From contig CAWDSQ010000005.1 of the NCBI GenBank assembly GCA_963804955.1, forward strand, positions 64,001-128,000: 64,000 bases of DNA, written 5' to 3'. Below the pieces are notes generated by a model. It was not told where the DNA came from and made no database searches. It was given only the letters and a program-made list of their open reading frames with translations. Both the position numbers and the translations under genes were made by a program. Shown one piece after another: positions 21,663-31,285 of the stretch. This DNA comes from an uncultured delta proteobacterium. GTDB lineage: Bacteria > Desulfobacterota > WTBG01 > CAIYCZ01 > CAIRTM01. Numbering within the stretch: position 1 is the first letter of the stretch; every line of letters begins with the position of its first letter.

Positions 21663-22829
21663 ATGAAACATACTATTCATGGCAATGCAAATTTTGTTTT
21701 TATTAGTATGCACTGCCCAGTGCAAAAGACACCATACCTATACCTGCGAGATAGACACTTCCAAAACAGGGTATGAACTGGCAGGTGCTTATGACAACTG
21801 CACGGTCTGGAATGCCCAGAAGACCATGACGCATATTGAGTGCAAAGATATCGATATCCGCGCTACCAAATTACCCCTGCTGGAATTCAGCGGCTCCTAT
21901 GCCACCCTGAATGCAGCGGAAAACTGGATACAGCCCTTTTATACTATTACTGCTGAAAACATGAGCACCTATCCCAATGCGCCTGCAAGCATCAATGGCG
22001 TCATACTGGCCAAATTCAAGTCCAAGGACAGCGTCGATGCTGCATTTGAATTTCGCAATCATCACGACAGGGGATTTGCGCTGATGTTCAGGAGGATATT
22101 TACGATACTGTGTATGCATGATATTTTAACCAGGGAGCAGCGGTCCAAATATCGGTCAGAGGGGAAAAATTGCTTTTCATCCCCGATGATGATGTGCCGC
22201 CGCTTGATAATACGACCAATCCGGTCCGCATGGGAACACAGTGGCTTGATGTTGATCCGGCCACAAAAGTAACCAGGGACACGGATGATAATAACACGTA
22301 TTATTATGAGCCATGGAGCCTGTATGTAACGCTGATGATTCCTCTATTTCTGACGATCGATTAAGGGGGGTCAGGTATTGCAAGCTTGTTAAGCCATCAG
22401 GCGATACTGAGCTGGATGCTTGAGAAGAGCTTTGAGGAAGATCCTGTTTTGATAACCCCGACCAGTACCGTATGTGATGGGCCATCTGCGCTTGAATCGC
22501 CGACAAATGGCAGTTGTTTGTTTTTTTCTGATTTATACGGAAGCAATTATTTCTGCGCGGATTTCACGGGTTCCGGCTTTACCCCGGAAAACTCGAAAGA
22601 AAAATGCGAAACAAACGCTGCGTATGATAATGAAACGTACAGCACTCTTCCGTGCAGTCAGAGAACGGCAGAAATTGAGAATTTCATAGATGGCTACCAG
22701 GGCCTGACGGGCATCTGTGTTGTCCATTGTAAAGCGGCTAATGAGTTTATCCTGAATATTTATAATGATAATCCGGAGACAAGATGCGGCGGCTTTGACT
22801 TTTTTACGCCGGGAGAATTGGGAAAATAA
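21663..22829 (+). CDS. Cys-rich exported hypothetical protein, fragmented in ORFs 21679-22272, 22170-22364 and 22386-22829
   Basis: GGGAGG RBS before ATG 21663; hydrophobic N-terminus; consecutive or overlapping same-strand ORFs; multiple Cys in the C-terminal part. May be two genes. Confidence 0.5.
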
Positions 22830-22897
22830 AGGATGCCGTGAAACTGCGGTGATGCAGTGTTCGCTGTAAAAATTTCAACTTTTGTGGAGCTGAGAGA

Positions 22898-24843
22898 ATG
22901 AAACTTCTGGAACCCGGCCGGATCGGCAACCTCGAGATTAAAAACCGCGTCATCATGGCGCCCATGGGCATTCGGGGCCTGTGCGATCCGGATGACGGCT
23001 ACTGGGGTGAGCGCGTGCGGGCCTATTACGGGGCACGGGCTGCAGGCGGCTGCGGCATGATTACCCCGGAAATGGTTTTTGTCTCACAGGAGGCTGAACC
23101 TATTGCAAAGGAGCTGCTGAACCTTTCCAATGACATTCATCTTGCTGCGGTGCGCGGCTTGCAGAAACGATACATGCCTATAATTGCAAGCTGAGCATAC
23201 AGCTGACCGCCGGCTTCGGCCGCGTTATACCTCCCCCTGTAGTGGCTGAAGGAGTAATCCCTGTCTCGGCCTCGGAGAACACGAATTATTATGTGCCGGA
23301 GTATGCCGATTTAAACACCCGGGCTCTCTCGACTGAAGAGGCCGAGGCCCTTGCGCGGTCCTTCGGCTATGCTGCCCTGCGCTGCCGCCAGGCAGGCGCC
23401 GACTGCGTGGAGCTGCACGGCCACGAAGGGTATCTGATGGACCAGTTTATGACAGGCCTCTGGAACAGGCGCACTGACCGGTACGGCGGTTCGCGTGAGA
23501 AGCGGCTTACCTTTGCCCGCGAGGCAATTGAAGCGATTCAGCGCGAGGCGGGCCGTGATTTTCCCATTATCTACCGGTTCGGCATTACCCACTATCTTGA
23601 GGGCGGAAGAGAAGAGGAGGAAGGGCTCTGGATCGCCGGTGAGCTCGAAAAAATGGGTGTGGCTGCCCTCCATGTTGACGCCGGCTGCTATGAGACGTCC
23701 TGGTGGCCCCATCCGCCGCAGTATCAGGGGCCGGGGTGCATGGCGGACCTTGCCGCGAAAGTTAAAAATGTAACCAGCCTCCCGGTTATTGCAGTCGGCC
23801 GCCTGCACTATCCGGAAACAGCCGAACAGGTTCTGTCTGAAGGCAAGGCCGACTTTATTGCCATTGGCAGAGGCCTGCTTTCCGATCCGGAGTGGGTTAA
23901 TAAAGTGCAGAGCGGCAGAACCGATGAGCTTATGCCCTGCATCGGCTGCCATGAGGGCTGCCTGTGGCAGATGATTGCCGGCGAGCCCACAAGCTGCTCT
24001 CTCAACCCCTCATGCGGGCATGAAACAGATCGTCCGATTACTGCGCTGAAGAAGAAGCGGTCTCTGCTGATTGTCGGAGGCGGGCCAGCCGGCATCGAAG
24101 CTGCCCGGGTCGGCGCTCAGCGAGGCTTTGATGTTACCCTGTGGGAAGCAACCGGGCGGCTGGGCGGAAATCTCTGGCCGGCTTCGAAGCCGCAGTTCAA
24201 GCGCGATATTGCAGACTATTTGAAATACCTGGAGGGGCTTGCCTGCCGGCTGCCCATTGATATTGTTCTCAACAAGCGGGCCTGTGCCGGGGATGTGAGG
24301 AGCTTCGGCGCAGACCATGTCATCCTTGCTACCGGAGCAAGCATGGAGCCCCCGCCCTTTGACGGCGGCAACATACTGTCGGTGATACAGGTTTTAAACG
24401 GCACAGAGCCGAAAGGAAAAAAAATACTGATCATGGGCGGCGGCGTCATCGGATGTGAAACCGGGGTGTATCTTGCACGCAGGGGAAAGCAGGTTACTGT
24501 GTGCGCCCGTCAGGACTCCGATGAGCTTGATATGGACACGGTTGATCACAATAACCGCTTTATGCTTCTTAAAATTATAAAGGATGCGGGTATCACTGTG
24601 CTGCGTGCAACAATCCCTGTAGGGCTTGAAAATGGCGGTGTTGTGGCTGACCAGAAAGGTGTTCAGAAAAAAATTTCAATGGACAGTCTTGTTTTTGCAG
24701 GGCGGCTGTTCCCGGATAATGACCTCGGGAAGTCTCTTGAAGACATGCCAAACAGTATCAGCATCGGCGACTGCGTGAAATCCGGAACGATTATGGATGC
24801 TGTGTGGGGAGGTTTTCAGGCCGTAAGGGAGATTGAAAAATAA
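22898..24843 (+). CDS. NADH:flavin oxidoreductase (OYE/enoate reductase/BaiCD-BaiH type, FMN+FAD+4Fe-4S), frameshift near 23160
   Basis: IKNRVIMAPM, VELHGHEGYL, NRRTDRYGGS, CIGCHEGC..C, IVGGGPAG, VILATG, MGGGVIGCE. Confidence 0.9.
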
Positions 24844-24872
24844 GCAAGAGCCCGTGCGAGAAAGAGCATAGT

Positions 24873-25733
24873 ATGCCGGATGATTTTACCGAAGTCAGAA
24901 TTTTAGACAACTTCTATCAGACGTCCAGCTTCTTTCCCATGCCGGTGGTGCTGGTAAGCACGCTTGCAGCGTCAGGGCAGGCCAACCTGGGGCCTTACTC
25001 TCTGTGCTTCCCTCATACTATTACCGGCGGACGGGATCATGCCATGATGCTGATAGCACGGGGCACCGGCAATACAGCGGAGAATATTATCAGGACAAAA
25101 GTCTGCGCCCTTAACTTTATACCCGACAAAAGAAAATACATGAAAAATTGCGTTATGCTCGGATACCCCGGTGAAACAACAGAGCAGAAAATGAAAAACA
25201 GCATATTTACCCTGGCACCGTCCACCCGCGGCGAGGCTCAAGGCGTCCATCCCTATCCCCCGATAGTCAAAGAGGCGTTTCAGATATTTGAATGCACCTG
25301 GGATACCAGCTATCCCCTTAAGCATAATGAGGAGCTGGTGGAATGCCATTTTCTGCTGCGCATTGACAAAATTATTATGAAAAAGAAATGGCGGGACTGT
25401 CTGTTTAAAGGCAAAGGGTTCCCCCGCATGCCCATCGACTACGGGTACCGTGACAATGTGCGGTTCTGGTTTGCCGGGCACTCGCGGCCCTATGCAGTGC
25501 CCATTCCAAAAGAAAAGGGCAATGCCATTGAAACGGTACAGTATGCCTGCACGCGCTTTGACCCTGCCATCACCTGGGAAGATGAGGCCTGTGCAATGCT
25601 GGTAAAAGTGCCCAATATTTTTTTAAATAAAGCCCTCGGCGGCATTGTGGCTGAAGCTAAAAAAGCGGGGATTACGGCCATCACACCGGAGTTTTTGGCA
25701 ATAATCAGGGACAAACGTTCCGCCGGCAGGTAG
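24873..25733 (+). CDS. Flavin-reductase-like split-barrel protein with C-terminal PCP_red-like domain
   Basis: FPMPVVLVST, NLGPYS, TAENI, ALNF, IFEC; tail ITWEDEA..LVKVP.IF..IVAEAKKAGITAITPEFL. Confidence 0.7.
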   Translation: MPDDFTEVRILDNFYQTSSFFPMPVVLVSTLAASGQANLGPYSLCFPHTITGGRDHAMMLIARGTGNTAENIIRTKVCALNFIPDKRKYMKNCVMLGYPGETTEQKMKNSIFTLAPSTRGEAQGVHPYPPIVKEAFQIFECTWDTSYPLKHNEELVECHFLLRIDKIIMKKKWRDCLFKGKGFPRMPIDYGYRDNVRFWFAGHSRPYAVPIPKEKGNAIETVQYACTRFDPAITWEDEACAMLVKVPNIFLNKALGGIVAEAKKAGITAITPEFLAIIRDKRSAGR

Positions 25734-25786
25734 AGAGCAGCAGCCTTGCCGGCTTGTAACAAAAAATCTAAAAGGAGGCGTATGTC

Positions 25787-26557
25787 ATGAAACGTTTTTA
25801 TGTCGCATTGGTAATACTTCTGGCTATCGGTCTTTTGTTTCCCTTAACCGATATCGCCAAGGCTGAGAGCTATCCGCCCCTGCCCGAAGCCCTGAGCGCC
25901 ATGGAAAGCGATGATAATGTAACGGTGGAAACAAAAAAACTGCCTTTTGCCCTGTTCAACCCGGAGTATTTCGTTTTTAAGCCGGTGGGCGTGGAGCCCA
26001 CCAGGGGCTTTGTCTTTTACCCCGGAGGTCTGGTTGATGCACGCGCATATGCGCCCCCTGCCCGCGCCATCGCCGAGGCAGGCTATCTCGTCGTTATCGT
26101 CAGCATGCCCTTTGACCTGGCGCCATTCGGCTGGAAGCGGGGAAACCATATTTTGAGGGAATTTGATTCGATTAAAACATGGGCCTTCGGCGGCCATTCT
26201 GTAGGAGGCGCCTTTATATGCAAATACGCCAAGCGGTATCCTAAAAAGGTGAGCGGGGTTGTTGTATGGGCTTCGACACCATCGGCTGCTTTCAGGCTGG
26301 ACAGGAGGGATATAAAGGCCATAGCCATTTACGGTTCCAATGATGGCGAGGCCGAGGATGTGCTGCCGGAGTCGGCGGAGTTTCTTCCCCCGGGAACTCC
26401 CTTTGTTGTCGTCCAGGGGGGCAATCATACGCAGTGCGGCTATTACGACACGGCCCCTGACCCGGTGCAGGAGGGTGACAATCCCGCAACTATTTCGCGG
26501 GAGGAGCAGCAGCGGCAGATGATCGAGGCAACCATTGATTTTCTGGACAAGCTGTAA
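25787..26557 (+). CDS. Secreted alpha/beta-hydrolase (Abhydrolase_5-like esterase)
   Basis: Signal peptide; FYPGGLVD, GGHSVGG, GSNDG, GGNHTQCG; paralog of 20446-21484. Confidence 0.85.
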   Translation: MKRFYVALVILLAIGLLFPLTDIAKAESYPPLPEALSAMESDDNVTVETKKLPFALFNPEYFVFKPVGVEPTRGFVFYPGGLVDARAYAPPARAIAEAGYLVVIVSMPFDLAPFGWKRGNHILREFDSIKTWAFGGHSVGGAFICKYAKRYPKKVSGVVVWASTPSAAFRLDRRDIKAIAIYGSNDGEAEDVLPESAEFLPPGTPFVVVQGGNHTQCGYYDTAPDPVQEGDNPATISREEQQRQMIEATIDFLDKL

Positions 26558-26780
26558 GGAAGCATCATGAAAATAAGAATTTCAGCATTAAACCTGGAAG
26601 CAGAGCTAATTATGAAAAAGGGGTAATCATGCTGGAAAAAAACAGGCCCTGGATCGGGAAGTCGAGGCCTCGAAAGGGAAAATTATGCAGCAACAGCTTG
26701 AAGGGAAAGTGATTCTTTCTGCATCGACCGGAAGTAGCGTGGCGCAGGTTTTGTAAAAGTGACCGCAGTCAACTTTTCTA

Positions 26781-26808
26781 TTGACAAAAACATTTTATTT
26801 CTTAATAT
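26781..26808 (+). promoter_or_regulatory. Possible sigma70 promoter of the DUF1302 operon
   Basis: TTGACA-N16-TAATAT in an AT-rich region. Confidence 0.4.
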
Positions 26809-26941
26809 TTCAATATATTTGTTGATAAAGATTCCGAAACAATATATTTTCGGACCATAAGGCAGAGCAGAGACCGTTTTTTTGCGTCTTGTCATAGTTT
26901 CTGGGAGCATACAAAAAAATTTTTTAAAGGGGGTAGCGTGT

Positions 26942-28533
26942 ATGCAAAAGAAGATTTTTTTAACAGCAGCGCTCGGCATTCTAGTCTATACCTTTTCCTT
27001 TCTGCCTTCCGCCCATGCCCTTATCGAACTCTACGATGGCAAGCTCAAGATCAACGGCTATGTGAAAGAATCGGTTTTTTATCGCACGCAAATGAATGAC
27101 GACGACAAAAAGTATCATCAGAATTCAATGGACTATGACTATGACCGCCGGCCTTTTAGAGGCGCTCTACACCTTTAAGGAGGACGAGGATTATACCCTG
27201 CGCGGTTTTGCCGGCTTCAAGTACTGGTGGGACAAAGGCGCCCATGTATGATCACAAGCTTCATCATAATATATATACACCCGAGACAAGCGAGACTATG
27301 TAAGCCCCCGTGATTTTGATGATGACGTGCTGACCGAGGCCTATATCGACTATATCAACGGCCCGCTGCAGATAAAGGTCGGCAAGCAGATTGTCATCTG
27401 GGGGCAGCTCGATATCCAGCGCGTGGCAGACGTCGTCAACCCGATTGACCTGCGCAAAGGCGCGCCCGGCATCGACAACTGGGAAGAGGTCAAGCGCGGC
27501 ATATGGATGATCCGGTCAATCTACAAATCACAGCTTCCCGGCGATCTGCAGTTTGAAGGCATTTTTAATCCCGGAGACTTTCGCGGCATACAGATTCCCT
27601 ATGAAGGCACCCATTACGGCCCGAGCACATGCCGTGACAAATCCGTTTACTCCCGGGCCCGATTTCGGCATTTTCAGCTGGCAGCAGCAGAAATGGCGGC
27701 GCGATATGCCGGGCTGGAACCTGAAGGACAATTATGAGTTCGGTTTCAGGATGACCGGGTATACCTGGGATGTCGACTGGACGCTGCTCTGTCTGGAATG
27801 CCCGCGATGACGGCCCGGTTGCACAATCCCACGCAGATAACGCCTTTTACTCTTCAGTATATAACAGGCAGGCATTTTTTCGCAAATACTCGGCCGCGGC
27901 ATTAATCCGCCCGATGTTTCGGAATATAATGAGCGCGTATATTACTTTAAGCGGTATACGACCTTCGGCGGCACAGCGCAGACGGTTATTAAGCCGCTCT
28001 GGGACACGGTATGGCGGTTTGAATGGTATTATGAGAAAAACAGGCCCATGAATCTTGGCAACGGACGGCGACAAGGCCGCAACCTACGGCTGGACGCGCA
28101 GGAATATTCTGGGCGGGGCGCTGCAGTGCAGTAAATATATACGGATTCCCGTGGTTTACGGAAAGCTTCATTGCCAATAATGCCCGTACGAGCGTGGCGC
28201 TTACCTACTTTTACGAAAAGGTTTTAAATTTTAAAAACGACCTGGTGGTTGACGACCGCAATCACAAGGCCGGCGCCTCCTCAACCGACCGCTTATCCTG
28301 TTCGTGCAGCAGGATCATGCTGCAGGGCTCGTTCATGTTTATTTTTACGGGAAACTATTTTCTGCGCATCAAAAAATGGATGGCCGTTCCCGCCCTGACC
28401 TATGTTTTGCCCGGCAAGCACTGGCGGGTGAGATCTCGGCTATGTTGCCTACGGGGTCGGCAGATATGATTATATCGGCAGGAGCACCGACCGCAAGGAC
28501 AGTATTTTTACGCGCATAAGATATGAATTTTAA
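26942..28533 (+). CDS. DUF1302-like outer-membrane beta-barrel, multiple frameshifts
   Basis: Signal peptide MQKKIFLTAALG..AHA; LTEAYIDY, KVGKQIVIWGQLD, DVVNPID; ends ..IRYEF-stop (aromatic C-terminal OMP signal). Confidence 0.75.
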
Positions 28534-28573
28534 CTCTTCATTACAAGGAGGTTTGCAATGATTCAAAAAGTCC

Positions 28574-29846
28574 ATGTTTCATGCAGTAAAAAAATGCATT
28601 CCCGCTTTTATGCTTCTGGCGCTGCCGGTTTTTGCTTCTGCCGCAGAGATTCAATTTCCGGTGCCGTGCCTATACGCCCGAGGAGCTTGCAAAAGTCACG
28701 GGAGTGGGAAAAGACCTGGGTCGGCAAAAAGGTCGACGCAAGCAGTATCGACCAGGTGGCGCAGTTTCTTCCGGAAGGATTTGTGAAGCATATTTAAAGA
28801 TCAGGCAACCTGGTATGCGCCGCCGGAAGGGTTCAGCTTTCTGATATCAGCCTATAAGCCCGCAGGCGTGACCCCCGGCACCATAGAGGCCACGAAAAAG
28901 TGGGCGCCCTCTGGTGAAGACGGATGCGAACGGCTGGATTACCAATTATGCCGAGATTGCCGGCGTGCCGTTTCCGAACCCGAAAACAGGGCTCGAGGTG
29001 GCCTATAACTTCGAGTGCAATACCCGCGGCGACACCTATCACAGCCGCTGGATGAGCCCGGTTATCAACCCCCGCACAAAATCAGACCGCCCTGCCGACC
29101 AGGAGTTTACGGAAATGTTTTTCATTCACCGCGTCGATGTCGAGCCGAAGCCGGCCTATGCTGACACCGACAACCCCAAAGGCTATTTCCGCACTGAGCT
29201 GCTGCATTTTTATCTGCCCGCGGAGATGCTGAACAGCCGGCTGCTGCAGATCAGGTATATCGATGATAAAAAGGATGACGACGCATATCTGTACTATAAC
29301 CAGTTCAGGCGCATCAGGCGAATCTCGGCCAGCGAGCGCTGCAATGCCATCGACGGCACAGACCAGCTCTATGACGACGCCTACCAGTGGGACAGCCATG
29401 TGGGCAAAAACACCTATAAGCTTATCGGCAGGAAGGAGATGCTCGTCCCCCGCCATACCGATGCACCAAGGGCGTGCGCGTCATGGGGCAGGGGTTTCCC
29501 TCGGGATCTTAATTTCGAGCGCTGCAACCTGTGGGTCGTCGAGGCGGTCAGCAAGGAAAAGGGCTATATTTATTCGAAGCGGATCTGGTATGTGGACCCC
29601 GAAACCTGGCTTATCGTCTGGCAGGAAACATTTGATAAAAACGGCAAATACTGGAAAGTGTTCGGCGAGCTGACCGATGACATCAAAAACGCCAACGGCG
29701 ACATGAGAAATTTTTTTACCGGCCTTGTTATTTTTGATTTTATACGCATCCATGCCGGCTGGAGCGTGCAGGCGACCAAAGAACTGTCGGTGCCCACAAT
29801 CAAGCCCGACATGTTTACGACAAGCAATCTTCAGAAAACATATTAA
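28574..29846 (+). CDS. DUF1329-family periplasmic (LolA-like fold) protein, frameshifts in the 5' third
   Basis: GVPFPNPKTGLEVAYN, YLYYNQFRRIRR, DGTDQLYDD, YKLIGRKEML, WVVEA, YSKRIWYVDPETW, FDKNGKYWK. Confidence 0.85.
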
Positions 29847-29962
29847 GCAGGCTGAAAGGCTTGCCCTGCACGCGCGGGGCAAGCCGTTTTTTCATAAGGC
29901 TGCAGCCGCACATCGGCGTGAATCAGCAGCCTGCGCTGAAACAAGGAGAAGGGATTACTCCC

Positions 29963-31052
29963 ATGAGACTATGTTCTGTACAATGGCTGCTGGTACCTGT
30001 GGCGATAGCCGCATGTTTCCTTGCAGCAGGATGCTCACGGTCCGGCCAGAAGATGGAGGTTCCTAAAATCAAGATGATTGCCCGGGATAATTTTCATGGC
30101 GTCATCTGCCCGGACGCAAAGACGGTCTACCTCACGGGCAATTACGGCGCGCTCTTTAAATCGGACGACGGCGGCGAGAACTGGACACGGCAGGATTCGG
30201 GAATAAAGGGTGAAAGCATCCTGGTCGACGGCTCCTTTATCGATGCCTCTACCGGATGGGTCGCGGGGCTGCACGGCACCGTGCTGCACACCGGCAATGG
30301 CGGCGCTGTATGGGAAAAACAGAAGACGGGCACGGATAAGCACCTGTTCAGCATATCATTTGTCGATAAAAACAATGGCTGGGCCGTAGGCAACTGGAAT
30401 ACCATTATTCACACGGCCGACGGCGGCAAAACCTGGACGCGCCTGACGCCTGAGGAAGACAGGATTTATAAAAATGTCTGTTTTGTCGACACGGCCAACG
30501 GCTGGGTTGTCGGCGAGAAGGGCACTATTTTCCGGACGACCGACGGCGGCAAAACCTGGACGCGGCAGATGCCGAAAAAATGGGAGGCAATCGCCGATGA
30601 TGATTTTGAAAACCCCAAGCCCGCGCTGTACTGCGTCTGGTTTACCGACACGAAAAACGGATGGATTTCCGGGATCGAGGGGACGCTTCTGAAAACGCAG
30701 GACGGCGGCGACACATGGGACATCCTGCCCACGGGCACGACCCTGTCCCTGTATACGGTTTTTGTCAAATACGGCAGGGGCTGGATCGTCGGCGACAAGG
30801 GCGCCTATCTTATGTCGGAAGACGGGGGCTCGACATGGAAAGTCTATGATGAAGCCATCAAGACCAGAACGGCCCTGCGGGATGTGTTTTTCTAGCAGCG
30901 CCGATTCCGGCTGGGCTGTCGGCATGGCAGGCACGGTCGTGCACACGGCCGACGGCGGCAAAACCTGGGAGTTTTATTCCGGCCTTTCCTATGCCATGAA
31001 ATTTTTTGTCATGCCCAAGGCCCTTGAGTTCAAGGGCATGGTCACGGAGTAA
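29963..31052 (+). CDS. YCF48/BNR-repeat beta-propeller lipoprotein, frameshift near 30890
   Basis: Lipobox LAAGC; repeated F.D...GW.VG..G....T.DGG.TW units. Confidence 0.85.
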
Positions 31053-31054
31053 AG

Positions 31055-31211
31055 CAGAAGTCAGAATGAAAAAAAGAAGTCAGAATCCAGAAGTCAGGAG
31101 CCAGCATGAAAGACAGAAAAAGAATTCAGAATCCAGAAGTCAGTAGACAGAAGAAATTTTTAGTTTTGAATTTTTTATTCTGGATTCTGGATTCTGGATC
31201 CTGGCTTCTGG
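31055..31211. repeat. Inverted arrays of heptamer tandem repeats
   Basis: Left arm CAGAAGT/CAGAATC units (31055-31153); right arm (TTCTGGA)n (31178-31211) is the reverse complement. Confidence 0.75.
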
Positions 31212-31285
31212 AACAGACCACAAAATAATTCCACAGAGATTGTTGTAGAGCTCTAAATCATAATAACCAGGGAGAATCTTCGCTT

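Noticed and set aside
22898..24843. bilR (bilirubin reductase) call
   Set aside because: The active site reads HGHEGY, not the HGDR motif reported for BilR.
26567..26700. Two tiny ORFs (MKIRISALNLEAEL.., MLEKNRP..)
   Set aside because: Under 25 aa each with no assignable family; possibly a gene remnant.
26929..26940. ops/JUMPStart-like GGGGGTAGCGTG before a long operon
   Set aside because: One mismatch to ops, it coincides with the ribosome-binding site, and no RfaH-like gene is in view.
26942..29846. Pseudogene status for DUF1302/DUF1329
   Set aside because: Motifs, signal peptides and the terminal Phe are intact, and indels are window-wide, so sequencing error is more likely.
31055..31211. 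CRISPR array
   Set aside because: 7-bp tandem units without unique spacers; no cas genes in the window.
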